This document shows positions 23,631-36,590 of a stretch of DNA of 46,156 nt, piece by piece. The stretch's first letter is position 1. Every line of letters starts with the position of its first letter. The stretch is from Octopus bimaculoides (lineage: Eukaryota), in the NCBI RefSeq assembly GCF_001194135.2, contig NC_068999.1, positions 18,949,275-18,995,430 on the forward strand. The letters run 5' to 3'. Both the position numbers and the translations under genes were made by a program. A model generated the notes under the pieces. The model had not been told where the DNA came from. It saw nothing but the letters and a program-made list of their open reading frames with translations, and searched no databases.

Positions 23631-25874
23631 TACATCTGCATGTGCAGATCGGTGTATCTGTGTGTATATATGTATATTAATGAAGTAACTTATTTTTCCA
23701 GATGTTCTATTTATTTACAAATATTCTCCGATAATGTCAGTTTACGAATGACGTAGTTTTCCATTGTCTTGACATGTTTGCATACATAATCTTTGTCTTT
23801 TAAAGGGTACATTGTGATACATTTGTGCTGCTGCGTTTATTCACTGGTGTATATTAGCATATTAGTTGATAAGAAATATAATAATCGTCAGGTAATTGCA
23901 AATATTTGTGTTTTAATATTATGCGTATAATGATTTTGGATGAGAGACATGGATGTAAATAAAGAAGCTGATCTCCGTTATGAAAACATAACAGTTCAAT
24001 GTAGTGGTGAGAGGTGTAATTTCTGTACAAACGATAGTATCCAAAAGTATATTTAACTATGTTTCTTTATTTCGACGAGTGCATAGATTACAAGGGGGAA
24101 AAATCATTAGTCATACTTATTATGTATCCGTTGAAGTCTGAAAAATATCTCATCTACTTTACTTTTCTTATATGTTTCTATATGAACAACTTCTCCTCTC
24201 AAATAAATGCGGACAGTCAAGGATATGAAAGTAGAAGGAACCGAAGACTAATCACTAAACAATGAAAGGTGCTCTTTAATGTTAAGTAATTCTTTAAATT
24301 TTTTTACAATTTCCCTGGAAGAATAAAAATGAATACTTGGAGTTCGTATTGTAAGTGGATTATACGTGTAAATAAAATGGAATCGATCTGGTATAAGAAC
24401 GTAAAATTTATATTCACCGTAATCAAGATGCACGTTGGCAAAGAAGGTAGTAAAATAATTTTATATCTTTTGAGTAAATAATATTTATTTAATATCAATA
24501 TAACCTGATGAAAATATCATTGATGTCTCATGCGTTAGCTAATTACGTGGAATAAGAAAACATTTGTTGACCTAAAACAACAGTAATTATGATTTAATAT
24601 TCAGAATATCTATGCGAAGCAATAAAATACGAACGTACAAAAATATCGTATCTTGTATCCGACTGAAATCATAACCAATTAGAAGTTGATCTTCAATTCA
24701 ACGAAGATTGCTTCAAAGAGAAAACAAATTTCCATGCTTGACTACAATGATTATAGAAATTATAAGGTCACAAAGAATGTAAAAGATGTTGGATAGTCAA
24801 TAAAGTTTGAGCTAGATTAATAAATCAATCTGGGGAGAAGATGCAACGACTATGCTTCACATTTAAATATATATGCGCGTGTGTGTGTCTCATTGCATGT
24901 ATGCACACATATAAGTTTTATGTATATATATGTATATACATGAATATATATGCACATATCTATAAGGAACAAAATTCCGAACAATAGCATTCATTCGGGT
25001 ACATCAATATTCGACGTTGCAGAATTGAGATATCCATTTAGACTTTGTAGTAATGCGATGCTGGAATAGTTGCAGTAATATCGATCAGGTAAGGAAACCC
25101 GTTTATAACTCAATTACAAACCATTTGAATGAAACAATCTTTAAGAGAAACCGCTACTAGTCACTATATAACATTTAATCGATCACAACATGACCAACAC
25201 ATATTAAACATCGAAGTGAGTGATAAGCAGCATAAAAGAAAGATTCCTTTCGATTAATCACATGATTGATTTTTTTTTTAGCGCAATGCTAGGGAAGTTC
25301 CTGGAAACTGCCATCGTCAGCAGTGATCAATTTCATGTTATTTTCAATTACTGTTCTGTGAGACTCATTTCCCTGAAAATAAACGGACATATAGTCATAA
25401 AATTGTTAATGGAAATGCCAAAAGAAAGAAAGGAAATATAAATAAATGAAAACAAAGTTGAAATGAAAATACGCATAAATTGTATGAGATGGTGGAGATG
25501 TTTCTATTTATGTGGATATACTCGTAAAACAGGTCTTGGGTATTAAAATCTTTTGCACCGGAATGGAAGTATTTTACGATCGATATAGGATTTCTTTTAG
25601 AGTTGTTCACCATTGTATTTAGCGAAAACACACGTTTTATAATTACCAAGTTGATAATGTCACTGTCATCAAAATCACCATGTCTTTGGTAATATTTAGC
25701 CTGGCCTGATGAAGGATTTTATGCTCCAATGCGGGCAGTATAACAGGAAATAAAATCGTTCGTTCTCCCCACTCGCTTTTTCTCCTTTGACTGTGCAAAC
25801 AGGAAAGACACATATACACATGTGTATTCTTTTATTCTTTAATGCTTTTCAACTCAAAAGCTGTGGCCATGATA

Positions 25875-26262
25875 CACACATACACACACACATACCTACA
25901 CACACACACATCACAAACACACACACACACACACACACACACANNNNNNNNNNNNNNNNNNNNNNNNNNNNNNNNNNNNNNNNNNNNNNNNNNNNNNNNN
26001 NNNNNNNNNNNNNNNNNNNNNNNNNNNNNNNNNNNNNNNNNNNNNNNNNNNNNNNNNNNNNNNNNNNNNNNNNNNNNNNNNNNNNNNNNNNNNNNNNNNN
26101 NNNNNNNNNNNNNNNNNNNNNNNNNNNNNNNNNNNNNATATATATATATATATATATATATATATACGTATACATATATATATACACACATATACGTACA
26201 TACGCTCGCGTGTTGTATTTATCCTGTGAATGGAGAATATACATACATGCATATACACACAG

Positions 26263-26295
<33 letters not shown>

Positions 26296-26325
26296 CATAT
26301 GCAGAGAGAGAGAAACACAGACAGA
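25875..26325. repeat. Compound (CA)/(TA)/(GA) microsatellite block around gap
   Basis: Direct reading. Confidence 0.9.
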
Positions 26326-28083
26326 GAGAAAGAGGAGTAGGGGAAAGAGATTCAGTCTCGCTTATACTACGTATATATTATAAAATTCACATTTATACGT
26401 TGCGTTGCTATCAGTTTGCAATAAGACAAGAAAATAATTTTTTTTTTAAATGCAAACATTTCTAAATTACATTTTTAATGGCTGAAATCCTAACTCTTCT
26501 TATAGTCATTTCCTGTAAAACTTAGACTTGAGACGTCAATAAATGCGTAAAATTTATATGAAAATATTGTAGAAGGGGAAACAACTCTTTTGCTTGCCGT
26601 GAATCCAAGCATTAAATATGTATGGTCGCATCTACGTAATAGTGCAACTATGTAATCCATTTGTAAAGTAGGACCTTTACACATTGTTTCTTAACAATAC
26701 GAATAATAGTTGTTTTAATGGACTATTATCTCAAAAATATGTCAATAAAACTGTATGCGTTGTTTCTCATGGATAACATTGTAATATTAAAGTGATATTA
26801 CACTATATTTAGCTGAAAGTTTTACTCAAAATATGAGGAGCTACTTCACCCTGAAAGATACGTAACTGGACGTCGTAGAGTTTCACTAGAAAAGCCAGTG
26901 CCAAGTACTGAATGTTATATATGTCATTGATCATCCGTAACTCACTCAAGTAGCCATCCATAAATAGGACGTACCATAATGATGTCTAATGTCATAACAA
27001 TTAATTACCTACTATTTAAAATGCTAGATACAAATCTCTGTAGGTCAAAAGAATATATATATATATATATATATATAATACAATTTCATAAAAGAATTCT
27101 AAATCGGTCCATTTGCACCGCTATGCTAAATATAGCTACAGCTCCATAATTGCTCAATTAAAGAGACAAAAGTTAGCGATATATTGGAAATTAGCCACAC
27201 CGTATGTCAGACGAATAAATATTTCCTATATTGATAAAATTTCCATAGAAAGTTTTTAAATTGACTTAATAGTAAGATATTAATAATTTGATGAATCACG
27301 AAAAAGGGAAATGTCAAATTTGCGACAATAGACAGACTATTTTATTCATCAGTTCTGTACTCACATTAAACAGCAAATGATATCTCTAATACTATTGGCA
27401 ATTATATTAAAATAATGAGCTGCGTAACACTATTTTTGTCCTTTAGTAGCAACTATCATTTCCTATTTGATTACCCATAGAAAGTATGAAAAATGGCTAA
27501 CATTTCTTTGAAATTCGCTTTTGTTACATTATTCAAATCCCAAAGATCCCTCTCAACATATGGCTATGATGCACTCCCACTTTCCCTGCTCATGATCAGT
27601 GATGCACATATTTTCAGCCACTAAGGAACATACTCAAGTGGATAAAGTCAAGCAACGCTCAATAAAATCTGTGGTATTGAGCTGCATATTTGATATAACG
27701 ATATTTCTACTTCAGGAACTCAGTATACTGTGTGGAACCGATATTTATATAAGGAGGAAAAAGAAGTGGGAAAGAAGGTGAGAGTTAGAGAGAGAAGATA
27801 ATAGAGAAAAAAAGCGAAGGATATATCATTTGAGATAGTGGGGAAGGGAAGGGAAAAGATGTATGTGTGAATGGTACTAGAAAGAAATGAGATGGTTGTA
27901 TCTCTTTGCTTGCGTACGAAATCTAATGAGAGTTGACAAAGTCAAGAATTACGGGCAGAATCGGGAGGAAGTGACCCGGGTGTTAGGTTGTGCGTAAGAG
28001 ATTTATTCGTGAATGGAATTAGTAGTATATGGCATTGAACATGTAACTGGTGTCGAGATGCTTTCAGCTAAAAAGTGAAAATA

Positions 28084-28142
28084 GTATTATTATTATCGTT
28101 GTTGCTGTTGTTGTTGTTGTTGTTGTTGCTGTTGTTGTTAGT

Positions 28143-28213
<71 letters not shown>

Positions 28214-28227
28214 CAGCAGCTGCAGCA
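28084..28227. repeat. Compound trinucleotide array (TTA)(TTG)(CAG)(TAG)(CAG)
   Basis: Successive in-register trinucleotide blocks. Confidence 0.95.
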
Positions 28228-28229
28228 AC

Positions 28230-28787
28230 TATTCGCAATCGGTCTCCTTTCACTCCTTATACAATGCTCTATACAAATTAGTCCTCTGCCACCATTGTTT
28301 CTTTTCATATACAGTCGGTCTCCGTTTCTTTTAGGGTGTAGCGCCCTATGCAGTGTCATCAACTTTCTCGTCCTTCTATCCAGTGTTGATATTTCTTTCT
28401 TCGTCCAATTGAAGATGGACGCACTATGCCTGACAATCGCAGGTATCCAGATATTCATTGCGGTAATCACATTTTTGGCCTTCATGTTGGAATTCAACAC
28501 CATCTTGATCCTTTTTTGATACGCCTCGCTGACCTTGACTTTCATTTTTCTCTGTGGAATGTCATCTAGCTAAGAACATAGCCTAAATGTCTGTACCCAA
28601 TACCGTGAGGCTCGAGCACGGTCTCTCCTGATGATAACCACAATCCTCTGCAGTCTGCTTTCTTCCCTCTTTTCATATTAAGTACTGAGCATTTGGTAAT
28701 CACAAATTCCATACCGATATATCTACCACATTTCTAGACTGTTTTGGTTAAGGAATTTACCTGTTTTTCAGATTTCCTGTCTCTAAG
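28230..28787 (-). mobile_element. R4/Dong-like RT C-terminal segment (inverted relative to 28781-29730)
   Basis: KSEKQVNSLTKTV*KCGRYIGMEFVITKCSVLNMKRGK...GYRHLG...LNSNMKAKNVITAMN...WTKKEISTLDRRTRKLMTLHRALHPK...RLYMKRNNGGRGLICIE: typical RLE-clade RT thumb region. Confidence 0.85.
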
Positions 28788-29750
28788 GAAGCAGAAAAAT
28801 ACAAGAAAGACGTCATAGTATGAAGACAAAGCATGACGCAGTATGAGGAATAAGCACAAACACCGAAAACTTTAAAGCGACTGCAACAAAAAACACCATG
28901 AGAAATCTACTGCAAGAAAAGCGATTAGATGGCAAATGCTGGTATAAACTGAACAGAAGATTAATAGACAATATAAAAGCCCTAACGTGGCTGAGAAATT
29001 CAGGACTCAAAGTAGAAACTGAAGGATGTTTAATTGCAGCAGAAGATCAAAGCTGCCCCACCAAAATCTACCTGAAACACATAATGAAGAAAAATACAAG
29101 TAACAGCAGAATATGTGGTACGGGAAAGAAGCAATAAATGAAACGGCCACTGGTTTCCCAGTCCAGGCTAAGAAGAAATGTATCCGCAGACACGATGGAG
29201 TCGGGGCCTATACACAACCGATGATATGCCAACAATATTGAATGGCAAGAGAAAAATAAAAAGAACGTATAGGCACACATCAAACAAAGTCTTAGAAAAT
29301 GACAAAAAACTCAATGCGAATAGACGAGATTTAGTTGTCAGAGATCATCAGGAAAAAAAAAAACATTACTTCTAATCGATGTATAAGTCGCAAAATATGA
29401 CAGTGTATCGTTAAAAAGAATCAGAGAAACTTTCAAAATAACAACAAATGGAAATAGAGGTAACCCGGATGCGGTGCCTAAAAACAGAATCAATCCCCAT
29501 AAGTTTCGGTGTGTTACGTATGATTAAAAACATTCAGACAGATGCACAACCAACACGCAAACGAATGTAAATAAAATAAAGAAAATAACACTACTAAGTC
29601 CCGTACATGTTCTACGTGAAGCACAAACAATACAGTGAAAATAACAGAACCAATACAAACCTCACTAAATAACCAGGTCACAAAAAAGCTGCGCTCGGTA
29701 ACGCAGTGAAAAAATAAAACAACTAAAAAATAATGATGATGATGATGGTG
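28781..29750 (+). mobile_element. R4/Dong-like 3' segment with microsatellite-like tail
   Basis: WLRNSGLKVETEGCLIAAEDQ...SRICG, ENDKK, RRDLVVRD (PD..D), KITLLSPVHVLRE, then ataatgatgatgatg. Confidence 0.8.
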
Positions 29751-29934
29751 ATGTGTGCGTGTGTATACATATATATATATATACATATATATATATACGT
29801 ATGTATGTACAGAGTATGATAAGTACATTTTTTTTTTGTATTACGCACATGTGCATTTTTTTTTATTTTCTCGACTACAGAGTGTAGTTGCGTCAGTTGG
29901 TCACAATCTATCAGAAATAGATATATCACAATCT

Positions 29935-30570
29935 ATCACTGAGGGCAGTGCGATCTGAAGAAATGACCCGAGAGTGATAACAATCAAGTACCGAGTCAAC
30001 ATCCTGATGTTTATATTGATCACTAGTGTTGACAATGTTATGCCTGTATTCAATTTCCCACCGACTTCAGGCTCAACTTGGAAGCTTACATCAACTGCTT
30101 GGTGGAGGTAGTGCTGCCCTGCGTCAAGAGGATGGCTTCTGGAAGACCCTATGTTTGGCTACGGGACTCTGCACCATCCCACACTAGCAGAAGTACTCAG
30201 TCAAGGCTTTCAGACAATTTCTTCGACTACATCACCTGTAACATCAAGCCACATAACTACCCATACGGCAAATTCCTTGATTATTATAAGCGGGGCTCAG
30301 TTGAGCGAGAGACGTACAGAAAAAGGTAAATTCAAGCATTATGCAAGCATTCACCAACTTAAAGGAGACCGTCCAGAAGAGTTGCAGAAGAGTCCGAAGT
30401 CGTCTGGAGGCCGTGGTTGAAATCAATAGCGATTTTATTGAATAAAGTTACACTTTAGTATTTCACGTTGTTTTTATGTAATTTTTATAAATATATATGT
30501 TAAAATGTGATGTCAGTGTTATTTTCATTTGTGCGTCACTATGATGACTGTTCATTAACCGCAGCCTATA
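29935..30570 (+). mobile_element. Tc1/mariner transposase relic (catalytic domain to 3' end)
   Basis: EAYINCLVEVVLPCVKRMASGRPYVWLRDSAPSHTSRSTQSRLSDNF (D-x-A-x-x-H motif) and KETVQKSCRRVRSRLEAVVE. Frameshifts and a deletion are present. Confidence 0.82.
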
Positions 30571-30817
30571 TATATATGTATATCTGTGCGTATGAGAAAA
30601 AGACTGAAAGAGTGAGATAGGGAGAGAGAGAAAGAGAAGGGGAGAGAGTGAAAGAGAGAGAGCAAGAGAGTAAGAGTGTGCGTGCGTGTGTGTGTGGGTG
30701 TGTGTGGGTGTGCATGCGTGTGTGCGGGTTACTTTGTGTGTAGATATGATTATAAATGACCTCCTCCTTGAGATGGTGATGTAAAATGCTTCCCCTCTTT
30801 TTGAGAGAATATTAAAC

Positions 30818-30857
30818 TGATGATGATGATGATGATGATGATGATGAGTATGATGAC
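30818..30857. repeat. (ATG)n microsatellite
   Basis: Direct reading. Confidence 0.9.
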
Positions 30858-33619
30858 ATTTAATATATGCATTTGGAAGGTCGTCATATTACAGGACAAA
30901 TAGCGTGACATTATTTTGTCTCACAGGCTGCTTATATGTATGAAAAGCACGTATTATCAACATCGAAGTTGCCCTGTCGGTTCGAAAGCCCATAGAAACA
31001 GTGAAATGGAATGTATAATCGTTTCTATTCTTTCACATTATATAAGTAATTAATACTGAATTTATATATGATTTACTCAAGTAACTGGGGATCGCAATGC
31101 TTGTGGTCTTTAGTTGCGTCCTCATTAGCTTCTGTTTTCAATTGACACATCCAATCTGTTGTACTTCACGCTTCACGCATGAAGAAAAAGCATACTTCAA
31201 ATTTTTAAGTTCTCATTATTGCTTATAATACATTACAAGTGTTAGATTTGAGGATTCCCTTTTTATAATCATTGTACATACTTTCATAGCCATCCGGACG
31301 AAGGTAAACACTTTATTGTTCTTGATAGAATAAAAGACGTTAAATATATTTTGTTTACCGAACACGTTCAAAAATAAAAAAAAAGTTTCTTAAACGTTTA
31401 TTTCTCATAGCAGAATTCGCTCAAATGTAGGATTATATATATAAATGTACACACATACATGCGCGCGCGCATCAACCAAGCACATACTCACACACATGCA
31501 AACATACACACACATAGACACACACAAGTACGTACTCAAACACTCACATACACGCAGGTATTGGTGTGTAATGAATGGAATCATGAATGTGTACTATTTA
31601 TTCACATATTTGTCAATCACTTTCGAACGGAAGAAATATATATACAATTAATAGAAGTTCTTTTAGCAGTATACCGTGTCACTGGATCAATTGTTAAGCC
31701 ATACAGCTCCCAAATGTGTGTGTAATAATTGAAAAAGAAGTTGGGTTAGTAGCCACCTCGTCACAAATGTTTATCAATGGTCTATAGATTGAAAGAGTAG
31801 CCATGAAATATTTTTGTATCAACTGTATACTTTTAATTTTGTTTCACATACACACAGATATAAACACATACACATTTATATATATATATATATATATATN
31901 NNNNNNNNNNNNNNNNNNNNNNNNNNNNNNNNNNNNNNNNNNNNNNNNNNNNNNNNNNNNNNNNNNNNNNNNNNNNNNNNNNNNNNNNNNNNNNNNNNNN
32001 NNNNNNNNNNNNNNNNNNNNNNNNNNNNNNNNNNNNNNNNNNNNNNNNNNNNNNNNNNNNNNNNNNNNNNNNNNNNNNNNNNNNNNNNNNNNNNNNNNNN
32101 NNNNNNNNNNNNNNNNNNNNNNNNNNNNNNNNNNNNNNNNNNNNNNNNNNNNNNNNNNNNNNNNNNNNNNNNNNNNNNNNNNNNNNNNNNNNNNNNNNNN
32201 NNNNNNNNNNNNNNNNNNNNNNNNNNNNNNNNNNNNNNNNNNNNNNNNNNNNNNNNNNNNNNNNNNNNNNNNNNNNNNNNNNNNNNNNNNNNNNNNNNNN
32301 NNNNNNNNNNNNNNNTATATATATATATATATATTTATATATATAATTGTTTATGACTGCTGTATTTCTGTATTTAATTTGCCCAATGGTTGATTTTCTT
32401 TTCGTTTCGTTTCTCTGAATGAATGGATATTATTTATCGTTTTTTTTTTTTTGCCCTCATATTATGTCGGATTTTGCGCATCTAAAACGAGACCATTGTA
32501 TTATTCACTTTAATAAGAAGCTATGAAGAATAACGAACAGAGCTGCAACTACATGTCTAAATATAACAAAAACAAATAAATATATGCATCGCGAAAATTT
32601 GCATTGAAAAACTGTGAAAACGAACTTTTGGCGCGTGCAATATGAAAGGATGTAGGAAATGCAGCAGTACTTTTTCTTCTTGTATTCTCCTCTTGAAAAC
32701 GCTCATTAGCTCTTTTTCTGCGTTCTGTCAAAAGAGGTTTCACAAAACTATTCTTTTAATGAGGTATCACGCACCATGTATTAAAAGGGAATAGAGAAAT
32801 GCTAAATTCCCCAGAATTATTCATTGCGTTTTGTAAGAGACACAAGCTTTCTTAGATATTATTTTCTTCCATAGTATTTCGCAGTAGTATTATTCTTTTC
32901 AAAGAAGAATCACAATGGAAGTGTTGATCACTTCCACAGCCTCTCAAATGATGTATACAAGAGATCGTCACATTTTACTATGAGTCTAACAGTGCATTGA
33001 TAAAAACACAAGCAACGCCTTCCTGATGGATTTTATAGAGTTGCAAGGCGTTGCCTCTATTTTATTCAGCTGGGAATAGAGAAACAAAGGATCAAATCAT
33101 CTGTGTAAGACAGTGTCGGAATATTAGTCTCTTCTTGTAAACGTACATTGCTATGTTGTTCTTTTTTCTGTCTTAGTATAATATTACCCGGTGTAGACTA
33201 GCATAAAACAATTTTATCACGCGCTATGCTGTTTATAACTTATGCATCTGGTCTATTTTTTCTATAGACCTGGATTCTTCTGTAAGACAAATGTAACGTG
33301 CAAGATTTGTGCCTCATAACGTATAATACTTTAAATACAGCATCAGATACCAGCGTACAAGTCTAATGCTTCCTAATAGAATTTTTGTATTACGTAAAAT
33401 CCAGAGAAGTGAAACATCATTGAGTGCAATGAAAAACTAATGAATAGCAACTTCAAATTTCTTTCTCGTATCTTATACTAACTTAAGTGTTAGGTTCAGG
33501 GAAATGTAGCATAATAAGGGTGGCTAATATAAGGGACGTGGAGGAGACAGGAACAGAAAGACACACAGGGTGTGTCAGAGACAGACAGAGAACGACATAC
33601 AGGACACATCTATATATAT

Positions 33620-33715
33620 AAAACCGAGAGAGAGAGAGAAAGAGTGTGTGTTTATGTGTATGTGTGTGTGTGTGTATGTGCGTGCGTGCGTGCGTTTGTG
33701 TGTGTGTGTGTGTGC

Positions 33716-33752
<37 letters not shown>
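33620..33752. repeat. (GA)n/(TG)n microsatellite
   Basis: Direct reading. Confidence 0.95.
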
Positions 33753-33754
<2 letters not shown>

Positions 33755-33939
33755 TTCCTTATGCATTCACAAGCTGTGTTGCTGATTTTGGAATATGGGC
33801 TGTCAAAAGATTTAATAATTTTACGACTACCAAAATAAATTTTGTTTTTATTTACATATTTGTAATACAAAAGTTTAACATTATTAGCTTTTCTATAAGT
33901 TAACTATCTTAAACATTTTAGACCACAACCACAAGGACA

Positions 33940-34040
33940 ACGACGTCACATTTTCTATATGAGTGTGTACTTTTAAAAAACATACATGTCTCTATATTAT
34001 GAAGAAATATAGTCACTCACTCTCTCACACATGTTCATGC
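33940..34040 (+). repeat. Unclassified ~100-bp direct repeat, copy 1
   Basis: acgacgtcacattttctatatgagtgtgtac...atagtcactcactctctc matches 34640-34735. Confidence 0.8.
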
Positions 34041-34107
34041 AAACATATATACAAAAATGATATATGCATATGCATTTAAGTATGTGTATATGAAAGATGT
34101 GTGTGTG

Positions 34108-34132
34108 TGCAAGACAAAGAGAGAGAGAGAGA

Positions 34133-34163
<31 letters not shown>

Positions 34164-34215
34164 NNNNNNNNNNAGAGAGAGAGAGAGGGAGAGAGAGAGA
34201 GAGAGAGAGAGAGAC
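34108..34215. repeat. (GA)n microsatellite with 10-N gap
   Basis: Direct reading. Confidence 0.95.
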
Positions 34216-34637
34216 TGAGTGCCACTTACACATTCAAGGCAACACACACCTTCACTCACTCTCTCCTTCACTCCTTCTCTCTCAGTCACAAGCAAATACA
34301 CACACACACGTCCAATTCATATACACGTACATACATCTTTCATATTCTCCTTTCTTTCACATTTTGTTCTCACAAAGCAAATGTCGCGGTTTCACTTTCT
34401 TTTCTCTTTCAATTTCCGCTCTCTTCAAAGCATAAACAGATCAAAAATTCTAACAGAAACTAACGAATACGTTCGAAATTTGAGTTGCCAATTTTGATGA
34501 CGTATTGCGTATCAAAAGATTCAATAATCTTTCAGCTAACAAATAAACTTTGTTTTCAATTGAATATTTGCATTACAAAATGTTAACATTATAATCTTTC
34601 AATAATTCAACTATCCTAAACACTTTACATCACGATG

Positions 34638-34740
34638 AGGACGACGTCACAGTTTCTATATGAGTGTGTGTACCTTAAAAGACATCCATTTCTCTATATA
34701 CTATGGGGAAATACAGTCACTCACTTTCTCTCTCATATGC
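34638..34740 (+). repeat. Unclassified ~100-bp direct repeat, copy 2
   Basis: acgacgtcacagtttctatatgagtgtgtgtac...acagtcactcactttctctc. Confidence 0.8.
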
Positions 34741-35070
34741 ACACGCTCACATAATAAAAATTGACATTTTTTCTCTCGTCTTTTAATAGTAATTATCCAA
34801 TTTTCTAGGCTCTTCTCACAGCTATCCCGCGTTCAAAAATTATACGGGTATATTTTTAAAATTTCATTCAATAAATAATGTTTTTACATTAAGTATACAT
34901 AAATAGAATAAACTATCAGTTTTCCAAATAGCAAATTAAAATTTAAAAGAGAAAGTGAGAGAATTTGCAAATAAAAATGGAATACGCTGCACTGAATGCA
35001 ATAAATATTTAAAGGTGCAATAAATTGGTGTTTAAAAAACTCAATAAACTTGAGAAATCGAAATTATACG

Positions 35071-36590
35071 AATTTTTTTCGAACATTCGTAGTTTCGTAG
35101 TCAGTAATGTCAGTTACAAATGTATTATTTTGTGGCTGTTATATTACCGTTACTTTACTGTTGTCGTTTTCTTTCAGTGTTCTTTGAACACTTTGCGAAT
35201 TGTTTGTGCTGCCCTGCGGCAGGTTGTTTGTGCTACTCCTCCTCATAGAGGAGGGTCGGCCTGGTGAATACAATGTATGACGCAGACATCAGCAATTTGG
35301 AGCTGTCATCGTAGGAAGAGGAATTCCTGCGCACGATTTAGGAAACGGAAGAGAAAATGGAAAGAGGGATGTGAAACTTAGCAGAAGTTACGAAAGGTAA
35401 TGACAATGAAATTAATCTTGAAGTACTGAGAAAATATGAAAAATTGTTGCTGAGTCGCGAATGATTTAATGTTGAATTGTCCCCACCGCACCCCCACAAG
35501 AAATGGTCAATGACAGAAAGGAACGTACGATAGAGTACAAGACTTATTCAGTGGTTGCTGCAAAAATAGAAATGTCTACAACCCAAATAAAGACGGCCGA
35601 TCTGGCATGAGATTACATATCTTGCCAAGTATGAAACTGTAGAGGTGCAATTTAGGCAGGTAGCAACAGCAAGGAGACACTCGGCATCCCCCGTAAAGAG
35701 TGAAGAAATGGTAATTCTTCCCACATACCTTGGAAGATGTACTTCCAGGGTTACGGTAGAACGTAGCCATCGGAAGTCGATGTGGCCTGGATAGCAGCTG
35801 CTATCTTACACGGAAACGAGAATGAGAGCGGTTCCCCAGGCGACAAAAACGGAAAGTAGGCACTGGGAATGATCCTCCAGGGACATGATCATCCAGAGAC
35901 ATGATCATCCAGGGACATGATCATCCAGGGACATGATCATCCAGGTCATGATCATCCAGGGACATGATCATCCAGGGGTCGTTTGAAACCATCAAGAATC
36001 TGACAGAAGCAATAACAATTGATGACGTGATAATGAGGGTTAGGGTGGAAGTCGGGATCCCTAGATGATTTAAGTGTGGTCTGAAAGGCCGCATTGGAAC
36101 GGACTGCCCTTGGCCGCCTAGGAGGGGGAAGAGCCGAGGGAGGCACCGACGAGAGCGTAAGAGATAGTACCACTGGTGGAAGCGGAAGGAAAAGAGGCTG
36201 AAACAGACAGCGGATGGGAGACGGCGAGAGGGAGAAGTGGAAGGAGGGGAGGAAAACTAGGTCAAATGGACACAGGCCCCCACACCACAACCACTCAACA
36301 CCCAGCCACACCTTATTCGTCTCACCCTTCCCTTTCAGACACGAAATCTCCCCACGTCCCTCTGACACAAAAAGGATCATATTCATACAGAAGCCCCCAA
36401 ACTCCCCCTCCTCTGGCAAAAAGGAAAAAAGAATTACGCACTCATGTATGATGATTCGAACAAGGAAATGTATGAAGAGATACAAACACGGCCAGATGTA
36501 ATGGTAGTAGACACAAAAAAATATGATAATATTGAAGGATGACATCGCTGCAAACTACTAACTAAAGAACGAAGAACAATAACAATGAGA
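35071..36590 (+). mobile_element. 5' UTR plus decayed gag-like ORF1 of a probable Tx1/L1-like LINE
   Basis: ATG at 35273 (MYDADISNLELSS*EEEFL), then EEMVILPTYLGRCTSRVTVER and a relic zinc knuckle PR*FKCGLKGRIGTDCP (C-x2-C-x4-H-x4-C with C>stop and H>R) at about 36060-36110, then a P/S/T-rich linker. The 5' 250 bp is duplicated at 37296. Confidence 0.62.
35865..35974. repeat. 16-bp minisatellite (GGGACATGATCATCCA) x6 plus one degenerate unit
   Basis: Units start at 35880, 35896, 35912, 35928, 35944 (15 nt) and 35959. Each contains the palindrome ATGATCAT. Confidence 0.95.

Noticed and set aside
27955-27985. GC-rich patch with GGAAGTGAC (ETS-like) motif as a promoter
   Set aside because: Single short motif, with no CpG island or downstream gene support.
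35865-35974. Tandem array considered as CRISPR-like
   Set aside because: No spacers, no cas genes, eukaryotic context; it is a plain minisatellite.
35952-36545. 197-aa minus-strand ORF and overlapping plus-strand ORFs at 36176 and 36214
   Set aside because: Antisense or out-of-frame readings of the decayed LINE ORF1.
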